Shown: positions 12,500 to 24,799 of the stretch, piece after piece | Layout: the number at the start of each line of letters is the position of its first letter | Position numbering within the stretch: the stretch's first letter is position 1 | Assembly (NCBI RefSeq): GCF_001194135.2 | Contig: NC_068998.1 | Location: 19,175,296 to 19,239,295 of the forward strand | Length of the DNA stretch: 64,000 nt | Direction: 5' to 3' | From: Octopus bimaculoides | Taxonomy: Eukaryota | Translations under genes and position numbers: made by a program | Notes under the pieces: generated by a model | Database searches by the model: none | Told to the model about the DNA's origin: nothing | What the model saw: only the letters and a program-made list of their open reading frames with translations

Positions 12500-13900
12500 G
12501 TGAGTGATGAGGAGAGAGTTTACTGTACATCCTTCATACCTCCAATCATTATGGTAGGATGAATAATATTTTTGTTTGATATATGTTGCACTTCACTTGA
12601 CCAACAAATGCTTGTTTTCCTTCAGACATTCTCTCAACTTGCCAAATGCCAAATTATCCAAACTCATTCTGCAATCTAGTTCATCATAAAGCCTACCATT
12701 ATTATTTATTTTATTACCCAGATAGTAGAGTGGTTTGCGCCTACGAAAAATCCTACCTTTTCATTTTGATGGGCTCAAGTTGTACCACTTACTAATAAAG
12801 AATCTCAGTCTTTCAGATGTTAAACTTTCAAGCCAAACATAATAGATGCACAATAAAACACCCCACCACCCAAACTTGGCTTGGCTTATCCTTTGCAAGT
12901 CATTAGTGAACATCTCTCTCACTGGTCTTGCTCCAGTTAGGAGATGTGACACATGAAACAAGTAAACATCTAGTTTTTTCTGTATATACACCTTCAGTTG
13001 AGTAGTAGAAAACATCACTGTCAGTGAGAATAACATTAGTGCTAACATATAGCCCTGCTTGACTCCCACTACATCATCAAACAATTCAGTGCTAGAGTTC
13101 ATATGCATGACTTGAACCTTCATACTTCTGTGTATCAGCCATGGATTCAGTCATGTGTTCTTTATAAAGTTGATGAAAACTGGATAGAAGCTTTTATTAT
13201 ATTCTACATATTTCTTCTGGATCTTGTCATAGGCAGAACACCATATCCATGGTGTTTCTTTCCTTTCTCAATCCCATGTTGAATTTCAGATAATTTTTCT
13301 CTGACTCTAACAAGTAAAGAAACCTAATAGTTTCTGCATTCGTTCCTGTCACCATTTTGGAATATGAAACTAACAAGTTTTATGCATTGTGGGACATTAA
13401 CAGCCTTCCTGATGGAGATAAGTAATGAAATTGTCTCCATTCTTTCCACATTTCTGCTGGTAGATTTTCTTCAGACTTTCTATCTTTCTGAAAATGATCT
13501 CATTACAATCAACACCTCTTCACTGTCAATAAAGTTTCCCAATAATCATATTCTGAGCAATTGCTCTAAGTACTCTGCAAGCAGTCAAGTATTTGTCCTT
13601 CTTCCTGGAATATTGTTGATCCACCAACTTGCTACAGATGAGTGTCCCTTTTTTCTAAGTCTGAATACATCCTTCAATCCAGTATAGAAGCTGTGCATGT
13701 CATTACAATCAGCCCCATGGATTGCAACTCAGTCACATTGTTTTCCAATCACTTCACCTTCATTGTCTGGATGTACTGTTGTAATCTCCTCTTGGCTTCT
13801 CTGAATCTAGTAGAGCTTGATATAGAGTACTGAGAGTCTGAAGACATTTCTGGAATGTTTGCTGTATTGTTTTAGTGAGGAGTGGAAAGCATCATGTACT
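12500..13900 (-). mobile_element. Decayed RTE-like LINE fragments
   Basis: GVKQGYMLALMLFSL in ORF 12761..13123, a degenerate GVKQGCVLAP motif; boundaries are approximate. Confidence 0.6.
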
Positions 13901-14189
13901 ATTTTTTTAAAATTCTGAGTACTTGTAGTTGCAGTTACTTTTGGAATATGGTATACACTGTTTTCCTCTCTAAATGTTGTATTTAGCTGTATATATTTTG
14001 AAAAATTATTGATATAATTATTGCAACTTTAGTTAATTATGGAACATAATGTATACCACTGTTTACTCCTATTATGACTAAACTAGCTAAACCAATATCC
14101 TTAAGGAAGCTGCTTTTCTTGAAAATTATCTTTAGATGGTCATGGAGTGGGGTAATGACTGGTTCGTGACAACACTAGCAAGATAAAGC

Positions 14190-14890
14190 TTTTGTTAATT
14201 AATCATTATAGGTAGCCATTCCCTCCCTCCATTGCTAAGGGTAGGGTTGATCTTCCAAAAAGCTACAGTATCCATCTTCTTGGCTTGACTTGGAACAAAT
14301 ATGTTCAGTCCATTACCATGGCAGTCACCAAGAAGGTTGGATCTCTCTTCTGTGCTTGAAAATTTCATACACCTGAGAGTACCTTGTATCTCTATAGGGC
14401 CACCATTCAACTTTGCATTGAATATTGCTGTCATCTTTGGGCTGATGCCTCCTTTGAGTGTCTTAACTTGCTTGATCAAATTCAAAATCAAATTAACATG
14501 ATGAGTCCTTTTCTTTCCACTAGATTGGAGTCTGTGACTCATTGTTTAAACATATTTTCATTGTGTCTTTTCTACACATATTTCCATGGTCATTGCTCTG
14601 ATGAGCTTTCTGATCAGATATCCTCTGACAAGACCTTTAAAATGTCACTTGCTTCTCTTCCTATGTGCATTGATTATAATAATTATTTCACTATTAAACT
14701 TCCAGTTAATCAGAAGCCCTTTTATGATAATAGTTTCTTTCCTCAAACTGCTGTTCTCTGAAACTCACTATCAGCTTCTTATTTTCCTCTGGCCTACAGT
14801 TTTCAGTTTTGACAGCCTTTGAATGCATCGGCCTCTTCTTTTCCTTCTTTGTAGTCCCTTATGCTTCAGTGGTTTCAAGCTTTGTTTCGG
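14190..14890 (+). mobile_element. Decayed CR1/Jockey-like LINE 3' end
   Basis: ORF 14384..14761 reads LYRATIQLCIEYCCHLWA...LLDQIQ...LFYTYFHGHCSDEL. Confidence 0.75.
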
Positions 14891-15049
14891 ACAAATCATA
14901 TACAAAATATCCTTCCCATTTTATGTTATCCTAAATATACAAATTACATTCACTATGAGCTGCCAAATCTCCAGAATTATTTTTCTTCCTTTTTTTCAAA
15001 TTTCCCTCGGTGAGCTATATTGTACAGCAGACAAGTACAATGAAACGCG

Positions 15050-15869
15050 TTCCCGTCTTCTCCAGGTGATATAACGGAGTGCCTATTTAGCATTTAATGG
15101 CCGTTGACTCACCTCTGAGTTCATTTACCTTTCTGGACAGGTTTCGATATTCATCTTGTAAGATATTCGAATTTTGGTAAGATTTCCTGTTTCACTGTTG
15201 ATAACCTAACTATGCACGGGTTGCATACGAATATTAGTCGCCTATCTGAACAAATTCATTTTCAGAATAAGACAAATGAAAGGTGTGACAACTATAGAAA
15301 TTTCCATTAGTGACGTAAATAAAACAAATGATTATAACCGGATATCAAATGTGGTCTTGAATGGAAAGCTAACTATACTTTCATATTACACGCGGTAATA
15401 GTTAATGAAAGAGATTATTGTGGCGTCGGGAAAAAAGAATCAGTAAAATCTATCAGCTGTCCGTTTATTAAGTATCCACGTCACTGACAACAAACATACT
15501 TTGACCTTTTGTTACATTAATTCGTACTCACACTACAACTCACTTCTATTACAATTAACAAAAGGAGGAGAGAGCGTTTAAGTAGTTTTCAAAAATTATT
15601 TATAATTCTGATTTTTTTTTCTAATTAATAGTCACAAAAATAATAAGGAACGTTTTTAAAAAATTATATAAACATTCAGAAAAGAAATTAAAGAGATATA
15701 ATTGGTTTAGATTAACGATTAATATAGTTCCAAACTAACATTTACTAGCTTTACAGTTTTCGTCGAGATGTCGCGATTTTCATGAGTTGTAGTTAGCATT
15801 GTTCCGAATGATATTAATCTTTCTTTGAATTCTTATCGAACATATTCACACTGAGACATTAAAATCGAA
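15050..15869. promoter_or_regulatory. CpG-retaining promoter/5'UTR region of HBS1L, possibly bidirectional
   Basis: CpGs are visibly denser here than in the flanking introns (e.g. cgtcgagatgtcgcga at 15761-15776). It lies directly upstream of the ATG and contains minus-strand consensus donors (15112-15107, 15531-15526). Confidence 0.55.
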
Positions 15870-15912
15870 ATGGCACGACATCGAAGTGTAAGGACGATGA
15901 ACTATGAAGACG
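15870..15912 (+). CDS. HBS1L: HBS1-like protein, coding exon 1 (MARHRSVRTMNYED)
   Basis: ATG at 15870. The translation matches the conserved HBS1 N-terminus MARHRNVR..NYDED. Donor G|gtaagt at 15913, phase 1. Confidence 0.93.
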
Positions 15913-16095
15913 GTAAGTTGTGGATTCAAGATCCAGTTTTGTTTCTGTCATCATTACTACACAGCGCGAACCTTGCGACATGAAAACGGTTCACCAGCTA
16001 TAAATAACTTCTCTCAAGCACAATTCTTTTTTCTTTACCTTTTCAAGCATTTCTCTTCAGTTATACTTATTTATTTCACAAGAACAACTTAATGT

Positions 16096-16100
16096 ATGTC

Positions 16101-16198
<98 letters not shown>

Positions 16199-16250
16199 CA
16201 CACACATATATATATACTTATGTGTGTGTGTGTGTGTATACACACACACG
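16096..16250. repeat. (TA)n/(CA)n/(TG)n compound microsatellite in HBS1L intron 1
   Basis: Direct inspection. Confidence 0.95.
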
Positions 16251-16679
16251 CAAACACAATGGAAGCCGTTTATTGTGATCAATTTGGGACGTAGGTTTTT
16301 CTTGATTTCAGTACTCATCTGATCGTGTATTTTAAATGAAGAGTATGGTACACTAATACTAAAATCATTTACTTTCTAATAACCTTGTAAGAATATTAAC
16401 CTATATATATATACGTGTATGTGTGTATATATACTTATGTTTATGTACATGTGTATATGTCGATGTGCGTACATATGTATTATATGTGTATATATATTAT
16501 ATGTTGTATATGTAGATGAATATTTGTGTGTGTGTAAATATAAAAGGTAATTTTTATATCCAACTTAACGTGGATGGTTTGTTAGAATACTGGATATTGC
16601 GTTCTTATAGACGCCAGGGGCATAAAAGCACGCACATAGATGGATAGATCGTATCAGACGAGAACTATATATGTGTGTG

Positions 16680-16992
16680 TGTGTGTGGTAAGAAGCTTTC
16701 TTCCCAACCACATAGTTCCGGATTCAGTCCCACTGTGTTGCACCTTAGGAAAATGCTTTCTTCTATAGCCTGAGGCTAACCAAAGCCTTGTGAGTAGATT
16801 TTGTGGACCATCGTGTGCGTATATATATGTGTGTGAGTGTTTGCCCCCATAACTTAGCGGTTTGGCTAAAGATACCAATAGATTAAGTAATAGGTTTTAA
16901 AAAAAGAAAGTCCTTGGGTCAATTTGTTCAACTAAAACCATTCAAGGTGATACCCCAGCATGGCCACAGAAATAACTGAAACAAGTAAAAGA
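16680..16992 (+). mobile_element. Family A SINE copy
   Basis: Runs from gtggtaagaagctttcttcccaaccacat to actgaaacaagtaaaaga. Confidence 0.75.
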
Positions 16993-18094
16993 TATATATA
17001 CATATATATGGGTATATATGTATGCACACACAACAAACCGTTGGTGTACTGAGAGAAAAATAGGTATAAGAGGAATCATGTAGTGTGCATGATGTGTCTG
17101 CACTACTGTGGTCATGTGATGCATATGGATGAGTGCTGGTCACAGAACTTGTAAAAGAGGAAAAGCCAGTAAGACAGGCAAAGCAGTGAAAGCTGATCTC
17201 AAAACGTTGAGCCTTGTGGATTTGATGACAAAGTACTGAGACAATTGATGAATTGCTGTCCTCAAGAAGCATTTTGTCTATGCTTGTACATGCTGGACAC
17301 TGTCTGTACACCCACTCTACCCCCATCAAGTATTCATTTCATCTCCCTGTGCTCCTAACATCCATCCCCTAACTCTTTGCATTACCAGTTACTGCCTCTA
17401 CCTCCCCCCTCCCCAGCTATCCTTCATTCTCATCATCTCTTCCCAGACACTTCTTGTATCTGCTATCATTCTTTGTGGCCTTTCGTATCTGCCACCAGGT
17501 CCCCTCCCTATAGCCACCCTTCAGGACCTCTACATCTCCCTCATCACTGCACCCACACCTTGCTTATTATCTCCTCCCTGATCTATCATTCCTAAGCTAC
17601 TTCTGTCTTCACCTTCCTCACCATACCAATATTTTCCATGAAGCTGCACCCACCACTCCTATTACTCTCCCCTCACACCCTTATAATTGCCTCCCTCTTC
17701 TAATCCATTCTCTGTATCATCTCTTGTCCCTTGAGGGTTTTCTCTAGCACCTCATCATTACCATCTTCTTTACTTCCTAGGTATTCCCTTATATAATGAG
17801 GTAGCCACTTCTCACCCCTGTCAAATATTCCCTCCTCCCCTTGCTCAGTCACAATTTAGGGCTTTTTTTCCTTGTTCTTTCTTGTCTTGCAAGTACTTAG
17901 TGACATCGCGAGTGCTGGTGGTACAAAAAGGTACCCTGTACACACTATAAAATGGTTGGTGTTAGGAAAGGCATCCAGCTGTAGAAACCATGCCAAAACT
18001 GACATGAGGCGTTGGAGCCTGTCAAACCATCATGGAGAATGAATGTTAAATGATGAAGATGATGATGTATCTATATATATATATATATATATAT

Positions 18095-19250
18095 GGTAGT
18101 TGTGGAAGCCAGAGGTTGAATGGCTGGTGAGAGTCATCCAAGTCATGTACATGGGTGCTGTCTGTAAGGTTAAAGTTGGCAATGAATACAACAGTGAACT
18201 TAGTTACAGGTAAGAGTTTACCAGGGTTTGGTTTTCAGTTTCCTCCTGTTTATCATAGTTCTTCAGGCTATAACAGAAGAATTTAAGACTGGTTACCTAT
18301 GGAATGTCCTCTACAATGACCTTGTTCTTATAGCTGAATCTGAAATGGAATTAGAAAAGATATTCCAAGTGCTGATGCAAAACCTGGAATCATAGTGCCT
18401 TAAAGTTAACTTAGCAATGACCAAAGATCTAGTAAGCAGGAAAACAGACAGTATACTAGTCCCTTCAGAAAACTGGTCTTGTTCAATATGTAGAAAAGGT
18501 ATAGGTAGAAATTCCTTACAGTGTACCCAGTACAAACTATGAGGTACCGTAGAATCACAGGAAGATTAACAGACTTTGTTTGTGGCAGATGCACAGGAGC
18601 AGTAAACACTTAACAACATACAAGAAATAGATTTTCTTCAATACCCAGGAGTATCCTTAGAGGTAATAGATAGTTCCTGATACCTAGGTGACCTAATTAG
18701 CAGTGGAGGAATATGTTCTGAAATTATAGTTGCCAGAATACAAAACAGCTGCAAAAATTTCAGAGAGATGTTACCTCTGTTGGCAGCAAAAGGCCTCTCT
18801 TTCAGAGTGAAGGGCAGATTATATGAAGCTTGTGTAAAAACAGCAATGCTGCATGATATTGAAACATGAGCCATAAATGCAGAGGATACATGAAAGCTTA
18901 AAAGAAATGAAGCTAGTATATTCCATTGAACATGCAACATCAATGTGCATGTATGACAATGTGTAAATATGTTGAGAGAAAAACTGGGTATAAGAAACAT
19001 CAGGTGTAGTGTAAAAGAGAGAAGACTATGTTAATATGGTTATGTGGTGTATATGAATGAGGACGGCTGCATAAAGAAGTGCTAGTTCCTTAAAGTGGAT
19101 GGAACTTGTAGAAAAGGGAGACACTGGAAGACATGGGATGAAGTACTGAAGACTGACCTCTGGTTGTTGAGCCTCACAAAAGAAATTACTAAGGTAGTGA
19201 GATGATTGGTGATTTGCTGTGCTCAAGAAGACCCATCCATAAAGGCATTT
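18095..19250 (+). mobile_element. Decayed RTE-clade LINE (RT to 3' end)
   Basis: Frameshifted EWLVRVIQVMY...FIIVLQAITEEFKTG...DLVLIAESE...LKVNLA..., CSICRKGIGRNS and LYEACVKTAMLH. A related 3' piece lies at ~17040-17300. Confidence 0.8.
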
Positions 19251-20506
19251 TGTCAATTGTCTATACCACTGAATTCAGTCTATGTCTCTTACATCTTCCC
19301 CACAGCTCATCTTCTTAATGGGTTTTCCACATTGATTTAGAGGTGTACTGAATCTAGACAGATCTGGGGCTAAGCTACAAGAACAAGGAAGGACACATTA
19401 GATAATGTCCTAGGTACACTATGTCTGAATGAAAGATAAGATGCTCATAGCTTGAATACCTTTGATCAAAAACCTGGATCAGGACTGACTGGTACTAAAA
19501 CACAAGGAGGAGCACATTAGATAATGTAGTTTTACATCCACATCATCATCAGTTTTCACATCCACTTTTCCATGAAGGAACAAAACAATTTAAAATCTTT
19601 GTAATGATATATACACACACAAAAACATTGCATTACTGAAAATCTTGCCATAATGTGGAATTCTGAAATATTTTCCCATTGATTTCCATGGAAGCTATTG
19701 CGAATATAGGTTTCACATCATAGAATTACACATGACAACATTTTTTAGGAATGCAATCCCTTCATAATGCAAGGAGTACGTGTATGTACTTATGGACTTA
19801 CACAAAAAAATGTAGTTTAGTAACTTTATTGAAAGGCTGGATGAACCATTGATTTCATCTGGTGATTTGTATGTGTGTCGTAAGCAATATAGTCATGAAA
19901 GACTTACAAGATTTTCCCCTCTAAACTGTTCTATTTTCATATCTTTTCTTTCAGCTCTACCTGCAATAAATCTTTTACTGTCTCTCTTTATCTTCTGTCA
20001 TCTTTTATTAGTTTCCTGTGTTATCATGTGTGGAATGTTTATTTGGAGTGTGGGGAGCAGTTGTTTAGCTTCAGGTCAACCCTGATCAAGCAGATTTATG
20101 ATTAAGAACCATCCCCTTTTTTAATAAATCAGTGTTATTTTGGACTACATTATCCAAATTTGCCCTTTCTTTTTAAAAATGGCAGTATAATTTGAGGGAG
20201 ATTTGGTTGAATAACCATATGGAGGGTCTCTCATTTGGGCAGTTGTTTCCTCAACTAGAAGCTCTCTTTACTGCTGACTGCTGTACTGTGAGATAGTGGT
20301 AAGATCTAATTCTGTCATCCAGGCAAGCTAGAACAGTTATGAACTTTGTCCAAAAGGTCAGTAGTTTAGAAAGTTTAAAGTCCAGACCATGTAGTTAGTG
20401 GTAGTCATTGTTTTGTCCATCACAAATTACCGGCTGCAATGAGGGAATCTCTGTGCAGTCTTTAGACTGCTAGAACTAGCAGATAAATCTGCCTCATATA
20501 CCCTAC

Positions 20507-20712
20507 TTAACCCTTTAGCATTCAGATTATTCTATTAAAATATAATGCTTATTCAATCATTCTTTTGAATTAATCTTGCATTATTTTGTAATTTCAAGAT
20601 TGTGATTGTTTAGTTTTAGGATAGATGTGGGAGGCCTGAACCAGTCAGTTTGAACATAAAATATATAGAATATTTGGGCTAGATATGGCCGGTTTAAATG
20701 CTAAAGGATTAA
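20507..20712 (+). mobile_element. piggyBac-like MITE
   Basis: TTAA-CCCTTTAGCATT...AATGCTAAAGGA-TTAA. Confidence 0.75.
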
Positions 20713-20799
20713 AGAAAAAGGAAAATCATATTGGCATGCTTTGCATGCAAAAAAAGATGAGATGGTCACAGCCAGTTGTTTTGATATTAGGTCTGGGTA

Positions 20800-20995
20800 A
20801 TCAAAACCAGCCACATCTGGCCCAGATGTTGTTTTATGTTCAAACTAACCAGATCTGGCCTCACACCTACCCTACAATGTCATTCTAAAACTAAACAATC
20901 TCATCATTGAAATACTGAAGTTGCAAGATAAATTCAAAAGAACTGAATGAATAAGCATTACATTTGATAGAGTAATCTGAATGCTAAAGGATTAA
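20800..20995 (-). mobile_element. piggyBac-like MITE, inverted relative to the 20507 copy
   Basis: Reverse-complement homolog ending ctgaatgctaaaggattaa. Confidence 0.7.
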
Positions 20996-21007
20996 ATATT
21001 CTTGGTT

Positions 21008-21430
21008 ATTTCATCATCATCACTTAATGTCCGTTTTCCATGCTGGCATAGATTGGATGGTTTGACAAGAGCTGGCAAGCCAGAAGACTGCACCGAGCCT
21101 CATTGTTTTGGCATGGCTTTTATGGCTAGATGCTCTTCCAAATGCCAACTACTTTACAGTGTAGACTGGATACTTTTTACATGGTACCAGCACTAGTGAG
21201 GTCTGTTTTGGCATGGTTTTTACAGCTGGATGTCTTTCCAAATGCCAAACACTTTACATTGTGGACTGGATACATTTTATGTGGCACCAGCACTGGTAGG
21301 GTCATCAAGTAACTCCACAAGACAAAGATTTTTGAGAGGGTGGGGAGGCATTGGAGGAGGCAGCCTTGTGCCAAGTGATGAGAGGTTAGAGTGTGACAGA
21401 GAAACAGAAACAAGTGTCTTGCTGTAGAGG
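21008..21430 (-). mobile_element. Family B repeat with internal duplicated module
   Basis: catcatcatcacttaatgtccgttttccatgctggca..., with the ggatg..ttccaaatgccaa..actttaca module present twice. Confidence 0.7.
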
Positions 21431-21640
21431 AGATACATGGTTGTTTATATTTTTTTCATTTGTTGTTCATATCCAACCCATGCCAGCATGGAACATGTAT
21501 GTTAAAAAATTGTCATAATACTGTTTCTCTGTTCTACACTATTTTGTTTCATTGCTATAAACTATTTATAAAACCTGCCTTTAGTACAAAATTTTATTTA
21601 AAAACTAATCAACTCATATATTTTTAATTTCTGTTTCCAG

Positions 21641-21718
21641 AGTTTTTTGATGACGATGATGTTGAAGATTGTTATGGCCAGTCATTTGATGATAAATATT
21701 GCATCTCTCCTGGAACTG
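21641..21718 (+). CDS. HBS1L: HBS1L coding exon 2 (EFFDDDDVEDCYGQSFDDKYCISPGT)
   Basis: Acceptor tttctgtttccag|, donor G|gtatgc, 78 nt, phase 1/1. Matches the HBS1 motif YGQSVEDDYCISPST. Confidence 0.95.
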
Positions 21719-22945
21719 GTATGCTCTTTATCTGTTAATGTTCACTTCACTGAAGATCTTATTCTTTATTATTTATAATCACATGATCAGCTCTACTTAG
21801 AATAAGACATAGTATCATTAAAATAATTTGCTTCATTTAGTAGCTTACAGTTCAGCTAAAGTAACTGATTCCAATGCTTCTTCAATGACCTTTAGCTATT
21901 TATTATCAGTAAAATTCACATAGGCACAGATGTGGTTGTTTGGTAGGAAGTTTGCTTCCCAACTACATGCTTTCAAGTTCAGTCCCATTGTGTTGCACTT
22001 AGGGCAAGTGTCTTCTACTACAGCCCCAGGTTGACCAAAGCTCTTTGAGTGTATTTGGTAGACAGAAACTGAAAAGAAGCTTGTCATGTACATATTTATA
22101 TATGTGTGTGCATTACTGTCCCATTATCACAACATCACATGACCATTATAAACAAGTGTCACCATTGTACAAGCAGTGTCCTTTGTTCCATTCTTCTCTG
22201 AAACATATCTGGCTTTGGGGAAAAATTACCTTAATTAGAAATAGGTGAGGGTTGACAACAGGTAGATGTTAAAGAGTGCTCTTTCTTCAGTCCATTTCAA
22301 TTATAGGTAACAACAGAAGAATTCAAAATAAGATATTCTTGGGAACATTTTTATATTGATGACTTGATTCCCAGAGCAAATTTTTCTCAAAGAACTAGAG
22401 ACAAGTTCCAGACTTGGAAAGAATGTTCAAGGCCCTAAAAGTCAATATAGAAAATACCAAACAACTAACTAGCAACAGAGAACACAAAATCCTTACTTGA
22501 TACATAAGGGAGTAGGTTGAAACTTGGTATTTAGTTCACAAGTGCAAGCATTAACCCATTACCTCCCATAATCCTATTAACTGGAATTTTTTTTATGAAA
22601 CTTTGATTTCTAGCATAAAACAGCCTTAGAAACACGCTGGAATGATCAAAATAACATTTTGAATAGAAATAAGCAAGATATTGGGTGAAGAATTAGCAAA
22701 CCTCATTTGAATATCAGAGAAATATACCTAGTAGATATAGCAAAAAGGTTAGATATGTGTAAATATTGATAGATAATTACGAAATTTGTAATTTTTAAGT
22801 GATCTCATATGAGATCACTGGTAGGTAATGGGTTAAGTATACAAATAATGAGTGGTATTTCTGGCAGATTGTCTGAGAACCAGGATTTCAGTTGCACTAT
22901 AAGAAGTCCTGTTGTTCAGATAGTACGATAGACTATTATTTAGGT

Positions 22946-23190
22946 CAGTGGTTCTTAACTATTTTTGGCTTATGGACTCCTTTGATTCTTATTTTACTTA
23001 TTTTACTTGGGGGACTTTCGTAGTCATTCAATGTCTAAAAATTATATTTTAATGATTAAATATTATTTGGAATTGTATAAAGAATTTTGTATATTGTAGA
23101 AATATAACTAGTTTACCACACATAACTTTTTAACAACGAAATCTTATATGGACACCCAAGGACCATGTGAACCGTGATTGAGAACCACTG
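22946..23190. mobile_element. hAT (Charlie-like) MITE
   Basis: TIR CAGTGGTTCT...AGAACCACTG. 8-bp TSD atttaggt/atctaggt with one mismatch. Confidence 0.75.
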
Positions 23191-23517
23191 ATCTAGGTGA
23201 TGTAATTATTACCAGAAGTGGTCATAGTAAAAGTATGGTAGCTAGAGTCAAAAGGAAGTGGGGGAAAAATGTTTAGCGAATAAAGCCTTGAACATTCTTT
23301 CCAAGTCTGCAACTTGTCTCTAGTTTTTTGACAAAATCTGCTATGAGAACCAGGTCATCAATATAAAAATGTTCCCAAGCATATCTTGTTTTGAATTCTT
23401 GTGTTATCTTTTACATCCATTGACAATGAAAAATTTTTTTGAGCAAAAAGCTAATTATGAATTGTGTGAGGGATGTATGGAAGTGAGGTAGGAGCATTGA
23501 ATGTGGAAGGTCTACAG

Positions 23518-23792
23518 CAGGGGTTTTCAAACTTTTTGACTTGCGGACCCCTTTATATTTCAGGCTTTACCTTAGGGACCCCCTTATAAACGCTTATGAA
23601 ATTTATACATAAATATTTGCTTGAAATAACATATATTTTTACATTTATTTATTTAACAGTATTTAACAAATAGGTTTATTGTCAATTAAAAGATTTCAAT
23701 TAAAAACCATATATAAAATCAAATTGCCCATAAAAAGTATTTGCTGTTCACGGACCCCCTGTGGTCCGCGGACGACAGTTTGAAAACCACTG
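23518..23792. mobile_element. hAT (Charlie-like) MITE with perfect 8-bp TSD
   Basis: TIR CAGGGGTTTTCAAACT...AGTTTGAAAACCACTG. TSD gtctacag at 23510-23517 and 23793-23800. Confidence 0.88.
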
Positions 23793-24039
23793 GTCTACAG
23801 AGTCTTGGGAATTTGGATATGGAACATCAGCTTGCATGAATGGCAGAGTGCAAGTGAGTTGAAAGTATGGTTGGACATTAAAAGTAGTGGCTGATGTACA
23901 CGAGATGACTGCTAATATGTACCTGTGGTGTGAATGTTGCATGAGATGGCTATGTACAGAAAAGTAGAAAAATATATTAAATAATGATTAAAACAAATAT
24001 GTTGTTTAATCCACAGTAACAAATTTAAGATACTTTTTT

Positions 24040-24410
24040 TTTTTACTTGTTTCAGTCATTAGATTGTGGCCATGCTGAGACACTGCCTTGAAGAATTTTT
24101 AGTCGAATGAATCAACCCCAGTACTTTTTTTTTTTCAGCCTGGTACTTATTCTGTTGGTCTTTTTACTGAACTGCTAAGTTATGGGGTCATAAGCATCGG
24201 CACCAGTTGTCAGTGGTGGTAGGGGACAAATGCACACACGCACACAACAGGTTTTTTTTTTTACTCTCTGTCTACGAAATCCACTCACAAGACTTTGGTC
24301 AGCCTGAGACTATAGTAGAAGACACTCACCCAAGGTGCCATGCAGTGGGACTGAACCCAAAACCATGTGGTTGGGAAGCAAGCTTCTTACCATACAACCA
24401 TGCCTGCACC
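24040..24410 (-). mobile_element. Family A SINE copy
   Basis: Head and tail modules as above. Confidence 0.75.
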
Positions 24411-24579
24411 CATTTTGATATTTTTCCAAATGAAAATCTTAGAAAAGAATGAGAAAAGTCTCAAATTATAACAATTAAATCTGTGTGTAATAATATTCTA
24501 ACTTTTTGTTTATTTTAACATTTCAGAAATATTCTTCATAAATTTCTTACCATTTATTTATTTATTTATTTACTTTCAG

Positions 24580-24729
24580 TGGCCCAGTTCACATTTCCCA
24601 GGAAGTCCAATCTTGACCTTGGTTCTTACATTAGTAGTGATTCTCCATCAAATGTGGAACCGCCAATCATTACCCCAGATTCACCAAAATGTTCTTCCAA
24701 GAAAGTGACATACAATAGTTTTGATGAAG
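24580..24729 (+). CDS. HBS1L: HBS1L coding exon 3 (VAQFTFPRKSNLDLGSY...YNSFDE)
   Basis: Acceptor tttactttcag|, donor G|gtaaga, 150 nt open in phase 1/1. AQFTFPRK corresponds to HBS1 AQFIYSRR. Confidence 0.9.
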
Positions 24730-24799
24730 GTAAGACTGCATAAAAAAGAGATCTGAAACTACTGAACCAGATCATTTAGCATAAAGCCATACTTACACT

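Noticed and set aside
15749-15783. Minus-strand ATG (MKIATSRRK) with phase-2 donor CT|gtaaag that could complete the divergent gene
   Set aside because: The donor is weak and the downstream acceptor lacks a pyrimidine tract, so it is too speculative to call as an exon.
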